Assembly (NCBI GenBank): GCA_965213665.1
Contig: CBDBZW010000002.1
Span: 48,064-112,063, forward strand
Length of the DNA: 64,000 bases
Origin: Longimicrobiales bacterium
GTDB taxonomy: Bacteria > Gemmatimonadota > Gemmatimonadetes > Longimicrobiales > Gaopeijiaceae
Reading direction: 5' to 3'
The translations under genes were made by a program, and so were the position numbers. Shown one piece after another: positions 36,171-46,460 of the stretch; the first letter of the stretch is position 1; each line of letters opens with the position of its first letter. The notes beneath the pieces were generated by a model that was given only the letters and a program-made list of their open reading frames with translations, was not told the DNA's origin and ran no database searches.

Positions 36171-39100
36171 ATGGCCGTAAAGTCGCTGGGCGACTTCGAG
36201 CAGTCCGCCGCCCCCCCCGCTCCCGGGGTCGATTCCCCCGAGAAGCAGCGCGCCATCGGACAGGTCCTCGATGCGTTGCGCGGCCAGCTCTCCGACGATC
36301 GCTTCCGGCTGCTCGAGAAGTTCGTGCCCTTCTTTCTCGGCAAGGCCCCCATGGACTTCATCGAGGATCGCGGCGCTGCGGACCTGGGCCGGATCTGCCT
36401 CGAGTCCTTCCGCTTCCTCGACCGCAGCCGCCCCGACCGCGTCGACGTCGAGGTTCTGAGTCCCCCGCGCGAGGCGACCGGGGGATACGCGCCCGTCACC
36501 GTGGTGCGCACGAACGTCTCGGAGCGTCCTTTCATCATCGACACGATCCGCGAGTTCCTCCACTCCGTCGACCACAAGATTCACCACCTGGTCTATCCGC
36601 TCATGTCGGTGGTGCGCGACGCCGAGGACAGGATTGTGGATCTGGCGCCACCGGGCGAGCGCGACCGCACCGAGTCGCTGGTCTACTGCGAGGTATCGCG
36701 CGTGGTTGAACCCGAACGGCTGGCTTCGCTCCGTGACCAGGCCGCGCGCAGGCTCCGCGACGTGGTCCGCGCCACCGACGATTTCGGGCTCATGGTCGAC
36801 AAGATCGGCGATGTGGTGTCGGAGCTGGGCTTCCGCATGCGCGATCTGCGCGACCGCCGCGAGGAGTTCCGCGAAATCCAGGCCTTTCTGCGCTGGCTGC
36901 GCGATGGCGGTTTCGTCTTTCTGGGGTATCGCTGCTACACCTTCCGGCCCACCGAAGCCACGGACGAACTCTGCGTGCAGGTGGAGCGGGGATCGGGGCT
37001 GGGGGTTCTCCAGGACGAGGACCGGTCGGCCTTCGCCAAGCCGGTTCCCGTCAGCGAGCTGCCCCCGGGAATGCTCGAACGCGCCTTCTCGGGCCCGGTC
37101 CTCATCATCAGCAAGACCAATGCCGAATCGACCGTCCACCGCCGTGCGCGCATGGACTACATCGGTGTCAAGAAGCTGCGCCACGACGGTTCGGTCGGCG
37201 GCGAGCACCGCTTCCTGGGACTCTTCACCTCGCAGGCCTATTCGGAGCCCGCCCAGGACATTCCGATTCTGCGCCAGAAGCTGGAAACGATCCTGGCCCG
37301 CGCCGGACTGGCCGAAGGTTCGTACGACTACAAGGAAGTGATCACGATCTTCGGCACGCTCCCCAAGGAGGAGCTCTTCCTGGCCTCGGCCGACGAGATT
37401 GCCAAGGACATCCGCACGATCCTGATTCGCTACAACACGGCCGAGGTCTTTGTATCGGTGCGCCGCGACGTGCTGGGGCGCGGGGTGTCGATCATGGTGG
37501 TGCTGCCGCGCAGCCGCTTCTCGGGCAGCTTCCGGCGCGAGTTCGAGGCCTGGCTGGGAACCCGCTACGCCGCCGAAATCCTCAACTACCACCTCACCAT
37601 GAGCGCCGGCGACCAGGCCCGGCTCCACTTCTATCTGGGCGGGGCGTCGGATATGCTGGCCCAGGTGGACGCCGAGGAGCTGCGCGCGACCGTCTCCGAC
37701 CTCACCCGCTCCTGGTTCGACGAGGTGCGCGACCGGCTGGCCGAGGAGCACGGACCCGAACGCGCCCGCCGCCTGGCCCGCTTCTACGGACAGACCTTCG
37801 CCCCCGAATACCGGGCCGCGAACGAACCCGGGGTGGCGATTCGCGACATCCACGAGCTGGAGGCGATGCGCGCCGAGGACAGGGCCGAATCGGTGCGCTT
37901 CTTCGACGACCGCCCCGGCGCCGACCGCTGCGAGCTCAAGGTCTATCTGCGGCGCCACCCGATCATTCTGTCGGACTTCATGCCGGTGCTGGAAAACTGC
38001 GGGCTGCGGGTGATTGCCGTCTCGCCCTTCGAGCTGCGCGAAGAGGGGGAGGAAGACTCCTTCATCTACAGCTTCGATGTGCAGACCGGCGATGGCCGTT
38101 CCGTCGATGTGGAGGAACGGGGGGAGGCGGTCTCGCGGACGATCCTGGCGGTGCGCGCCGGAGACGCCACCAACGACCGCTTCAACCGTCTGGTGCAGCG
38201 AACCGGAATGGTGTGGCGCGAGGTCGATGTGCTGCGCGCCTATGCCAGCTACGCCTTCCAGGCCGGCGCGGTTCCCAGCCGCGAGGTGCTTCCTACCGCG
38301 CTCGACCGCTACCCCGCGATCGCCCGGCTTCTCTTCCGGCTCTTCGAGCTTCGCTTCGATCCCGGCCTGCCCGATTCCGCGGAGGAACGCGAGCGCAGGG
38401 AAGCCGCCCTCCGCTCGGATCTCTCCCGCGAGCTCGTCGGTGTGGAATCGCTTGCCCACGACCGGGCGCTACGCGCCTTCCAGACGGTGATTCTCGCCAC
38501 GGTGCGCACCAACTACTACCGCAACGGCGGAGCCAACCCGACGCGGCGTTCGGGTGGCGTGCCCTACCTCTCCTTCAAGTTTGACTCCGAGGAGCTGCAG
38601 GCGGTCGCAAAGACCCGGCTTCTCTACGAGGTGTGGGTGCGTTCGTCGCGCATGGAGGGCATTCATCTGCGCGGAGCTTCGGTGGCCCGCGGGGGAATCC
38701 GCCACTCCGACCGACCCGACGACTTCCGCACCGAGGTCATGGGACTCGTCAACACGCAGGTGGTCAAGAATGCGGTGATCGTGCCGAGCGGATCGAAGGG
38801 GGGATTCGTTTGTCTGCGGCACTTCGCCGAACGCGAGGCCATGGGCGAAGAAGCGCGGGACCAGTACCGGACGCTGATTCGCGGCCTGCTCGACATCACC
38901 GACAACCTTGCTCCCGAGCGCACCCGGCCCGAAGGCGTGGTCCATCGCGACGGGTTCGACCCCTACCTGGTGGTGGCGGCCGACAAGGGCACGGCCCCCT
39001 TCTCCGATACGGCCAACGCGGTGGCCGCCGAATACGACTTCTGGCTCGACGACGCCTTCGCATCGGGCGGTTCCAACGGCTACGACCACAAGGGAGTCGG

Positions 39101-41075
39101 GATTACCGCGCGGGGCGCCTGGGAATCGGTCAAGCGCCACTTCCGCGAAATGGGCCGCGATATCCAGCAGTCCTCCTTCACCGTGGTGGGAATCGGCGAC
39201 ATGAGCGGCGATGTCTTCGGCAACGGCATGCTCCTGTCCCCCCACATCCGGCTCGTCGCGGCCTTCGACCACCGCCACGTCTTCATCGATCCCGATCCCG
39301 ACCCCGAGTCCACCTTCGCGGAGCGTCTGCGCATCTTCCGGCTCTCCCGTTCCTCCTGGGACGACTACGACCGCTCGCTCCTTTCGCCCGGTGGCCTGAT
39401 CGTCTCGCGGGGGGTGAAGTCGATCGAGCTCGGCGCGGAGGCGAAGGCGGCCCTGGGCCTCGATCCCGGGAGCGGCCCGCTTGACGGCGAAAGTCTGATC
39501 CGGGCGGTGCTCCGGGCGCCGGTCGATCTGCTCTGGAACGGGGGCATCGGCACCTACGTCAAGGCCGGCCACGAAACCCACGCCGACGCGGGCGATACCA
39601 CCAACGATCCGGTGCGGGTGGACGCAGACGATCTGCGGGCGCGGGTGGTGGGCGAAGGCGGCAATCTGGGCCTCACGCAGGCGGCGCGGGTCGAATATGC
39701 GCTGGCGGGCGGCAAGATTAACACCGACGCGCTCGACAACTCCGGCGGGGTGAACCTCTCCGATCGCGAGGTCAACCTCAAGATTCTGTTGAACGAGGTG
39801 CTGGCCGCGGGCGAGCTGACGCGCGACGAACGCAACGATCTGCTGCGGCGGCTGACCGACGCGGTGGCGGCGCTGGTCGTGGAGGACAACGAATCGCAGT
39901 GCACGGCGGTGTCCTACGACGAATACCGGGCGCGGCGCGACACCGACCAGTTCTGGGTGCTGATGACCGAGCTGACTCGTTCCGGGCTGCTGGACCGCGA
40001 CGCCGAGGGACTGCCTTCGTGGGAGCAGTTGCGGGCGCGGAAGGAGGCCAACCAGTCGCTCTCCCGTCCCGAGCTCGCCGTGCTTCAGTCCTACGCGAAG
40101 CTGAGTCTGAAGGCCGCATTGCTGGACTCGGACCTCCCCGACGATCCGATCGCCGCCGACTACTTCCTGGACTACTTCCCCTTTGAGGCGATCCGCACCG
40201 TCGGGCGTGCGCGCGCGTGGAACCACCGTCTGCGTCGCCAAATTGTCGTCAGTCAACTGACCAACGACCTGGTCGACATGATGGGGTCCACATTCATACA
40301 CCGGCTTGCGCGCGAGACCGGCCGCGAAAAGTGGGAGATTGCTCGCGCCTGGCTCGTCGCCGCCCGCCTGACGCAGCACCAGATCCTGGTCAACGAAATC
40401 CGCTCGCGCGAAGGAATCGTGCCGACCGCGGTGATCTATCGCTGGACCCTGCAGCTCTCGCGGGTCCTGGAGCGCACGACGCGCTGGGTGCTCACCAACT
40501 ACGACGCCGAGGCCTCGACCGCCACGCTGATCGAGGACAGCCTGGAAGGACTGGGAGCGCTGCGGCGGAAGTTCCACGAGATCGTGGCCGGCGAGGACCG
40601 CGACGACTTCTTGCGGCGGGTGCGCGAGGGCATGACCGCAGTGGACGACGAGCCCTTCGTCCGCAACCTGGTGGCGCTCCGCTTCCTCGACCACCTGCTG
40701 GAGATTCTGCGGCTGGCGCGGACCACCGAAACCGATCCCGTGCGGGCGGCGCGCGTCTATTACTGGGTGACCGAGGAGCTGCGCATTCCGTGGTTGGCGC
40801 GCTCAATCGAGTTGGCCGCAACGGGCACAACCCGCTGGCAGAAGCGTTGGGCGCTGGGACTGGTGCAGGATCTGGGCGCAATCCGCCGCAACCTGACCGA
40901 GAGCGCACTAAGCGGCGAGTCGATGCTGGCGGACAGCCTGGGGTATGACGGGAAGGGCGCGCGCATCGAACGCCTCCACGAAGTCCTGGCCGAGGTGGAG
41001 GCCGAAGAGACGATCAGCCTGGCCGGGCTCTCGGTGGCGGTGCAGGAGATTCGGCCGTTGGCGCTGCGGGGGTAG
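36171..41075 (+). CDS. gdhB: NAD-specific glutamate dehydrogenase, large (~180 kDa) class
   Basis: 1634 aa. The catalytic core reads ...GGIRHSDRPDDFRTEVMGLVNTQVVKNAVIVPSGSKGGF...AADKGTA...GGSNGYDHKGVGITARG...GDMSGDVFGNGML. Confidence 0.9.
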   Translation: MAVKSLGDFEQSAAPPAPGVDSPEKQRAIGQVLDALRGQLSDDRFRLLEKFVPFFLGKAPMDFIEDRGAADLGRICLESFRFLDRSRPDRVDVEVLSPPREATGGYAPVTVVRTNVSERPFIIDTIREFLHSVDHKIHHLVYPLMSVVRDAEDRIVDLAPPGERDRTESLVYCEVSRVVEPERLASLRDQAARRLRDVVRATDDFGLMVDKIGDVVSELGFRMRDLRDRREEFREIQAFLRWLRDGGFVFLGYRCYTFRPTEATDELCVQVERGSGLGVLQDEDRSAFAKPVPVSELPPGMLERAFSGPVLIISKTNAESTVHRRARMDYIGVKKLRHDGSVGGEHRFLGLFTSQAYSEPAQDIPILRQKLETILARAGLAEGSYDYKEVITIFGTLPKEELFLASADEIAKDIRTILIRYNTAEVFVSVRRDVLGRGVSIMVVLPRSRFSGSFRREFEAWLGTRYAAEILNYHLTMSAGDQARLHFYLGGASDMLAQVDAEELRATVSDLTRSWFDEVRDRLAEEHGPERARRLARFYGQTFAPEYRAANEPGVAIRDIHELEAMRAEDRAESVRFFDDRPGADRCELKVYLRRHPIILSDFMPVLENCGLRVIAVSPFELREEGEEDSFIYSFDVQTGDGRSVDVEERGEAVSRTILAVRAGDATNDRFNRLVQRTGMVWREVDVLRAYASYAFQAGAVPSREVLPTALDRYPAIARLLFRLFELRFDPGLPDSAEERERREAALRSDLSRELVGVESLAHDRALRAFQTVILATVRTNYYRNGGANPTRRSGGVPYLSFKFDSEELQAVAKTRLLYEVWVRSSRMEGIHLRGASVARGGIRHSDRPDDFRTEVMGLVNTQVVKNAVIVPSGSKGGFVCLRHFAEREAMGEEARDQYRTLIRGLLDITDNLAPERTRPEGVVHRDGFDPYLVVAADKGTAPFSDTANAVAAEYDFWLDDAFASGGSNGYDHKGVGITARGAWESVKRHFREMGRDIQQSSFTVVGIGDMSGDVFGNGMLLSPHIRLVAAFDHRHVFIDPDPDPESTFAERLRIFRLSRSSWDDYDRSLLSPGGLIVSRGVKSIELGAEAKAALGLDPGSGPLDGESLIRAVLRAPVDLLWNGGIGTYVKAGHETHADAGDTTNDPVRVDADDLRARVVGEGGNLGLTQAARVEYALAGGKINTDALDNSGGVNLSDREVNLKILLNEVLAAGELTRDERNDLLRRLTDAVAALVVEDNESQCTAVSYDEYRARRDTDQFWVLMTELTRSGLLDRDAEGLPSWEQLRARKEANQSLSRPELAVLQSYAKLSLKAALLDSDLPDDPIAADYFLDYFPFEAIRTVGRARAWNHRLRRQIVVSQLTNDLVDMMGSTFIHRLARETGREKWEIARAWLVAARLTQHQILVNEIRSREGIVPTAVIYRWTLQLSRVLERTTRWVLTNYDAEASTATLIEDSLEGLGALRRKFHEIVAGEDRDDFLRRVREGMTAVDDEPFVRNLVALRFLDHLLEILRLARTTETDPVRAARVYYWVTEELRIPWLARSIELAATGTTRWQKRWALGLVQDLGAIRRNLTESALSGESMLADSLGYDGKGARIERLHEVLAEVEAEETISLAGLSVAVQEIRPLALRG

Positions 41076-41096
41076 CGGGGGGAAGCAGCGTCCTCA

Positions 41097-41501
41097 TTAC
41101 CAATACTCGACGGGGAGGCCATCGACCCGGTGGAAGCTCCGGCGGTCGCGGGTTGCAACCACAAGACCATGGCGTACGGCCGTGGCGGCGATCATCAAAT
41201 CGTGACTTCCGATCGGCGTGCCGGCCGACTTGAGTTCCGCACCCAGTGCGGCATGGACCCGCGCGACCTCCAGGTCAAACGGAAGCACCCGCAAGGCTCG
41301 CAACCAAACACTGATCAACGATTCCATTTGTGCGCGTCGGACGCCCTGCGCACGGTGCATGCCGTGAAGGATCTCGGAGGCGGTAATGGCCGCGACCGCC
41401 AGGGGCCTGTTGGTTCTCGCGTCATTCGCCCCGAGTTGGTGCGCATCCAGCGTACCGCGCTCCGAGGCGATGAGGACGCTCGTGTCGATCAGGAATCCCA
41501 C
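41097..41501 (-). CDS. vapC: PIN-domain toxin VapC
   Basis: MGFLIDTSVLI... with conserved acidic residues; 134 aa. It overlaps the upstream antitoxin gene by 13 nt. Confidence 0.8.
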   Translation of the reverse strand: MGFLIDTSVLIASERGTLDAHQLGANDARTNRPLAVAAITASEILHGMHRAQGVRRAQMESLISVWLRALRVLPFDLEVARVHAALGAELKSAGTPIGSHDLMIAATAVRHGLVVATRDRRSFHRVDGLPVEYW

Positions 41502-41791
41502 GGCGAGACCGGAACTACCGGGCGATTGAGGAATTCGATTCCTTCCTGGACCGCTCGCACGTAGCCATCATCCACGCGGGATGATCGGTCGGCGAGCATC
41601 TCCGCGAACTGACCCAGGGTCAGCGTCCGTTCCTCCGCAGGGCTGATCCGCACGACGGGTTTGCCGCGTCGTTCCACCACATAGACCGCTCGGCTTTCTC
41701 GCACCTGTGCTACGATGGCACCGAAGTTCTTCGCGGCTTCCGTGGCCGTGATCCGGCGACCGTCCACTCGTGAGTACGGTAGCTTGCTCAT
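41489..41791 (-). CDS. Phd/YefM-type antitoxin
   Basis: 100 aa. ITATEAAKNFGAIVAQVRESRAVYVVERRGKPVVRISP is typical of Phd/YefM antitoxins. It lies upstream of vapC and overlaps it. Confidence 0.75.
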   Translation of the reverse strand: MSKLPYSRVDGRRITATEAAKNFGAIVAQVRESRAVYVVERRGKPVVRISPAEERTLTLGQFAEMLADRSSRVDDGYVRAVQEGIEFLNRPVVPVSPWDS

Positions 41792-41867
41792 GGCTACAAG
41801 TTACGGAAGTTACGGAAAACTTGCAAATCTGTCCGTCGCCCGGTGCAAAGACTCCCCCGGCCGCGCA

Positions 41868-42932
41868 TCACTCGGGGTGAGAATACGGAATCGCCTCTCC
41901 CCGCCTGGGCCAGGCGCGCCGGATGAATACGGCGAGGATCGGAAGCGAGACGGCCAGCAGTCCCACACCCCACCAAACCTCGTCTTGCAGCGCCTGGATC
42001 TCGGTGGCGAGGTCGAACGGCTCTTCGCCGTCCATGAAGAGGAAGAACAGCGTCGGGATGAGATTGTTGACCGCGTGGAAGAGGATCGGCACAAGAAGAT
42101 TGCGCGTCTGGATGTAGAGGAGCGCCATGACCAGTCCCACCATGACGATTCCGACCGGATTGACGGGGTGCAGGATCCCGAAGGCAAGCGACGAAACGAC
42201 CGCCCCGGTCCCGAGACTCCATTTGGTTCCCCAGCGATTGACCAGCATGCCGCGAAAGAAGGCTTCCTCGAAGAGGGGCGCGGCGATAACGGTCACCGCG
42301 GCAAGGGCCAGCCAGCCACCCACTCCGCTCCCGGGCGGTTCGATCCCGGTTTCCAGGACGACCCCCACCAGATCGGGCGATGCGATTGAGACGAGGTAAA
42401 GGAAGACCATCCCCGCACCGAAGGAGAAGGCCATGGCCACGGCGAGCAATCCGAGCAGGCGAAGCCCGAAGGACGGCAATCCCCGCCGGACGATCCGCTC
42501 CGGAAGCGAACCGAAGAAACCGCGCAGCCCGATTCCGTGGTAGCGGAAAGCCCAGAGGATCCACAGTCCGAATGCCCCGTAGAACGCGAAGCTTCCTGCA
42601 ATGAGCTCCATGCCGGGACTGTCGGCGTCGATACCGAGGGCGCGGCTCACCCCCATCGCGATCAGCCCCAGGCCGAACAGGCCCCCGATCACCCACAGGA
42701 TCGCCCAGCGCGCGCGCAATTCGGCAAAGGGATTTCGGGGCGCGGCCTCTTCGTCGCCGGGGAGCTCGCCGCCGGACCCGGTCCCCAGGTCCCCCGCGTC
42801 CCCCGCACCCGGCGCCTCCCCAACCGCCGACGCACTCCCATCATCCGCCGCTTCCCCAACCGTCGGCCGACCGAACTCGCCTGCCCCAGCTATCCCGTCT
42901 CGCTCCCGGCTGTCTCCCTCGCCTTCCGTCAA
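41868..42932 (-). CDS. CPBP-family intramembrane glutamic endopeptidase (CAAX protease / Abi family)
   Basis: Motifs PLFEEAFFRGML, FGILH and FHAVNN, with multiple TM helices. An acidic N-terminal tail is present. The only start reaching TM1 is TTG 42932, which overlaps the upstream stop. Confidence 0.7.
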   Translation of the reverse strand: MTEGEGDSRERDGIAGAGEFGRPTVGEAADDGSASAVGEAPGAGDAGDLGTGSGGELPGDEEAAPRNPFAELRARWAILWVIGGLFGLGLIAMGVSRALGIDADSPGMELIAGSFAFYGAFGLWILWAFRYHGIGLRGFFGSLPERIVRRGLPSFGLRLLGLLAVAMAFSFGAGMVFLYLVSIASPDLVGVVLETGIEPPGSGVGGWLALAAVTVIAAPLFEEAFFRGMLVNRWGTKWSLGTGAVVSSLAFGILHPVNPVGIVMVGLVMALLYIQTRNLLVPILFHAVNNLIPTLFFLFMDGEEPFDLATEIQALQDEVWWGVGLLAVSLPILAVFIRRAWPRRGEAIPYSHPE

Positions 42933-45757
42933 CTGACCGGCCTCCTCTCGGCGGCCCCGTAGTGAATCCCGTTAAAGAGAAGGGGGAAGGTGCCGTGCGG
43001 CTGCGCGCGGAAGGTGATCTTGGGCCCGAAGAGGAAGAGTTTGCCCGCCCCGACGTCGGCCTCGATCATCGATGTGCCGCCCTCGAGATTTTCCTGTCCC
43101 CACGCCCACCCGCTCACCAGCGGCTCCGGGGTGTCGTACCAGGCCAGCCGCCGCACATTGGCCGCGCCGTCTTCGATCCGGTAGACCGGGCTGTGGCTGT
43201 GCAGAATGTGCAGACGTTCGCCCAGTCCGTGCGTGATCGGGCTGCCGTGCTCGACACGGACATTGTGGATCGAACCCGGGGTAAAGTAGTCTCCGCGGCT
43301 GAGCGGCTGGCCGTCGTCGCCGACCATGTAGTTGGCCAGCGGGAGCCCCAGCTCCGGTCCCAACGCGGTTGAGCTGCCGATCGCGACGACCGCGCCCCCG
43401 TGTTCGATGAACTCCCGCAGCACGGGAACGCTCCGGTCAGTGGAAAGTGTGCCGACCCGCGCCCGCAGCGAATCCGGCAGACTGGCCAGGAAATCGTCGC
43501 TCGGTCCGCCGAACCGTCCGCCGAATCCGCCCGGACCCAGCGCGCCATCGGGCAGCACGATCACGTCGAAGCGCTCATTCAGATCGCCCGCGTCGATCCC
43601 GGGGGGATAGACGACCTCGAAGTCGAACTCGAAATCCTCCAGCACGTACCGGATCCAACCCGAAGGCATGGAGCCACCGTACCGGTCCCAGAGCCCGACT
43701 CGGGCAGGCCGCAGAGCCATGACATCGGCGGGAGCCGTCGCGACGCCGTACACCGAAACCCCCAGTTGGGCGGCCCATTCTTCCAGTTGGGACCGCGTGG
43801 CGGCGCCAGCAGGAATAAAGAAGGCGCCCGGTGCGAGCGAGATCCCGGCCTGGTCGAACGTCCCTTGAATCCAATGCACATCACCGCCCCCGGCAAGTAC
43901 CCGGTTGACGACTGTGAAGGCCTCGTTGACATGATCGATCACGTAGCCCACGGGCGAATCGACCCCGGCCACAGCTCCCGGAACCGGCTCCGCCAGCCAC
44001 TCGATCTCGGCGAAGGGCCCGCTGAAGCCGTCCAGAATGCGATCGAACTCGACCCCCATCTGCAGCGCGAGCGTCCACCCGGCGTTGTCGTAGGGCGCGA
44101 TCGGCGGACCGCCCGGATACTGGAAATCGTTCGGATGATTCTGCGGCTCGAACATGTCGATGACATGCGGACGGAAGGCCTGCGCCGCGGAGACCATGTA
44201 CGAACCCGCGCCATAATCCTTGCCGCCCACCTGGAAGTCGTCGGTTGCGCGGTGGACCTTGACCCCGTTCATCAGCAATGTGTTGACAAAGCGGGTTGCG
44301 GTGGCAAAATCGCGCTGGCCGGCGGGCAGAATATAGCCTCGTGCGTCGCGCTTGTCCGGATCGCGCAGGTGGGACTCGTAGGCCTCCAGCGACCCGCGCT
44401 GGCCCACCTCGTCGGCCACGCCATCGATCCACTTGGGCAGAATTGTCCAGGAATCGCGGCTGCCGCGCTCGATCGAGTTCATCCCCATGCGCCAGATATT
44501 GAAGAGCAGGTGCTCGCGGTTGCGCGATGCATAGTCCAGAACGGCCCGGTTGGCGGTCTGCGAATAGTCCACCGACTGGCGAAAGTGCCAGGGCCCAGGC
44601 GACACCGGCAGCGGCAGGTCGGCGTGGGTGATCTGCCGGTTGGGCAGGAAGGGAATCTCGATGGGGGTGGGATGGCCGATCGTTTCGGTCAGAAGCCCGA
44701 TCATGTTCTTGAAGTAGGGCGTTGTGCGCAAGCCACCGTTCCACCAGGTCGAATAGCTGGCGCCGCGCCGCATTGTGGTTCCGCCCTTTCCCTCGACCAC
44801 CATGCGATGATGCATCGCCGAGCCCACCTGGTCAAGGCTCGTTATGATGATCGGATCGAGATTGTGGTTCGGCGGATCGCGGAAGGGCGGCGCGAACATC
44901 ACCGTTCCCTGCGGCCCCGTCTGATGATGATTGTACACGATCTGCGGGAACCATTCCCGGTACATTACCCGGTTCATGTTGCGCGATTCGGCGAGCGCGG
45001 CCATGTAGAAATCGCGATTGTTGTCATGTCCGGCGTACTTGTTGTACAATACCGGAACCCCCTGGGTTGTGCGTTCCAGCGGATCGTCGTGGCGCATGTA
45101 CCAGTTGGCGACCAGCGCATGACCGTCGGGGTTGGCGTGCACAACCAGCAGAATTACGTCGTCCAGCAAGCGTATCGTCTCGGCGTCGTCGCGGCTGACC
45201 ATCTGCCAGACCAGCTCCATCAACTGCTGCGCCCCCAGGACTTCGGTCGCGTGCAATCCCCCATCGATCCACACCACCGCCTTCCCCTCGGCGGCCAGCG
45301 CGCGCGCGTCTTCCTCGGTCAGCCCCTCCGCGTGGGCCAGCCGCCCGGCAATCTCCTTGTAACGCTGAAGGTTGGGCCGGTTCGCGGGCGAAGTAATCGT
45401 GGCCATCCACTGCTCGCGCCCCTCGGAGGTGCGCCCGATCGACTCCACCGTCATGCGATCGGACTCCTCGGCGAGAAGGTGCCAATAATCGGTCAGCCCC
45501 TGGTAGTTGACAAGCTGGTAGTCGGTGCCAAGCCGGTAGCCGAACTGCTCCTCCGGCGTGGTGGGCTGCGCCGAGGCGGGGGGTGCGGCAAGGCCGGGAA
45601 CGAGGAGGAGGGAGAGGAGGGCGGCGGTGGCCGTGGCGGCCGCGCGGCGGGCGCGTGGGGCGGCCCTGTGGAGTGCGGGACGGGGCGGCGAGAACGCCGC
45701 GGGGGCGGCGTTGACGCCGGTGGCGGCGACGGAATCGGAGAGGTGGCGAGCGGTCAT
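42929..45757 (-). CDS. Large secreted M14-family zinc carboxypeptidase
   Basis: Start at MTARH... with signal ...LLSLLLVPGLAAPPASAQ. Contains GGLHATE (HxxE), VVHANPDG and IVYNHHQ. Confidence 0.7.
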   Translation of the reverse strand: MTARHLSDSVAATGVNAAPAAFSPPRPALHRAAPRARRAAATATAALLSLLLVPGLAAPPASAQPTTPEEQFGYRLGTDYQLVNYQGLTDYWHLLAEESDRMTVESIGRTSEGREQWMATITSPANRPNLQRYKEIAGRLAHAEGLTEEDARALAAEGKAVVWIDGGLHATEVLGAQQLMELVWQMVSRDDAETIRLLDDVILLVVHANPDGHALVANWYMRHDDPLERTTQGVPVLYNKYAGHDNNRDFYMAALAESRNMNRVMYREWFPQIVYNHHQTGPQGTVMFAPPFRDPPNHNLDPIIITSLDQVGSAMHHRMVVEGKGGTTMRRGASYSTWWNGGLRTTPYFKNMIGLLTETIGHPTPIEIPFLPNRQITHADLPLPVSPGPWHFRQSVDYSQTANRAVLDYASRNREHLLFNIWRMGMNSIERGSRDSWTILPKWIDGVADEVGQRGSLEAYESHLRDPDKRDARGYILPAGQRDFATATRFVNTLLMNGVKVHRATDDFQVGGKDYGAGSYMVSAAQAFRPHVIDMFEPQNHPNDFQYPGGPPIAPYDNAGWTLALQMGVEFDRILDGFSGPFAEIEWLAEPVPGAVAGVDSPVGYVIDHVNEAFTVVNRVLAGGGDVHWIQGTFDQAGISLAPGAFFIPAGAATRSQLEEWAAQLGVSVYGVATAPADVMALRPARVGLWDRYGGSMPSGWIRYVLEDFEFDFEVVYPPGIDAGDLNERFDVIVLPDGALGPGGFGGRFGGPSDDFLASLPDSLRARVGTLSTDRSVPVLREFIEHGGAVVAIGSSTALGPELGLPLANYMVGDDGQPLSRGDYFTPGSIHNVRVEHGSPITHGLGERLHILHSHSPVYRIEDGAANVRRLAWYDTPEPLVSGWAWGQENLEGGTSMIEADVGAGKLFLFGPKITFRAQPHGTFPLLFNGIHYGAAERRPVS

Positions 45758-46010
45758 GGCGGCCTCGTGAAATGGGGGCATGGGGGGCGGGTCCCGGGCG
45801 CCGGATCCGCACGGGTGTCGTGCCGTGCCGAGGTGCCCGGGGGGGCCGTGGGCGCGAGAAATCGTCCCGTGGAGAATGGGGGTGCGGGGGGGCGAGGGGC
45901 AAGGGGGGCGCCAACGACGCCGACTGAACGAAATCTGCTCAATACGTGCGACACCGAGGGGGCACGGTTGAAGCCGGTGGCTGCGGAGAGGGTGGAGAGA
46001 TGGCAGTGGG

Positions 46011-46460
46011 TCATGGTGGTTGTGGGTCTCGGGCCGTTCGCAGCGCGTCCTCCAGCGCATCGAAGGGCAGCACCGCACACCGAATCCGGCTGGGAAAGCG
46101 GCGAACGCCCACCAACGCGCGCAAGTCCCCCATCTCCTTTCCCAAGGGAGCCGCGCCGGGGCCCAATCCCTCCACAAAGCGCCGCCGCAACGCCGCAACT
46201 TCCCCCGCTTCCCTGTCCCTGACTACCCCGGTGAGCATCGATGCCGCCGCCTGCGAGATCGCACATCCCCGCCCGTCGAAGCCGACCTCCACGATCCGGC
46301 CTTCCTCCACCCGGGCCCACACCACGACCGTATCGCCGCAGAATCGGTTGTGAGCCCTTCCCTCGCGCGCGTCCCCCGCCAGCGCGCCACGGTTCCGGGG
46401 CCGCCGAAAGTGATCGCGAATCAGAGCCTGGTGGAGTTCGTCGGTGTCGCGTGCCGCCAA
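46011..46460 (-). CDS. sufU: SufU/IscU-like Fe-S cluster scaffold protein
   Basis: Contains NRFCGDTV, GRGCAISQAAASML and RIRCAVLPF cysteine motifs. A TTG start at 46460 is proposed, since there is no ATG upstream of the domain. Confidence 0.7.
   Translation of the reverse strand: MAARDTDELHQALIRDHFRRPRNRGALAGDAREGRAHNRFCGDTVVVWARVEEGRIVEVGFDGRGCAISQAAASMLTGVVRDREAGEVAALRRRFVEGLGPGAAPLGKEMGDLRALVGVRRFPSRIRCAVLPFDALEDALRTARDPQPP

Noticed and set aside
31769-36577. Single 1602-aa minus-strand ORF
   Set aside because: It is not one gene. It is a concatenation of the YhaN-like ATPase (31769-34573), an out-of-frame passage over the SbcD-like gene region, and sequence antisense to the gdh 5' end. 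The N-terminal ~670 aa are Arg/Gly/Pro low-complexity.
36114-40694. Two long minus-strand ORFs (781 and 741 aa)
   Set aside because: They are antisense to the NAD-glutamate dehydrogenase gene, whose catalytic core is unmistakable on the plus strand.
43400-46222. 940-aa ORF on the plus strand
   Set aside because: It is antisense to the M14 carboxypeptidase gene and has no recognisable motifs.
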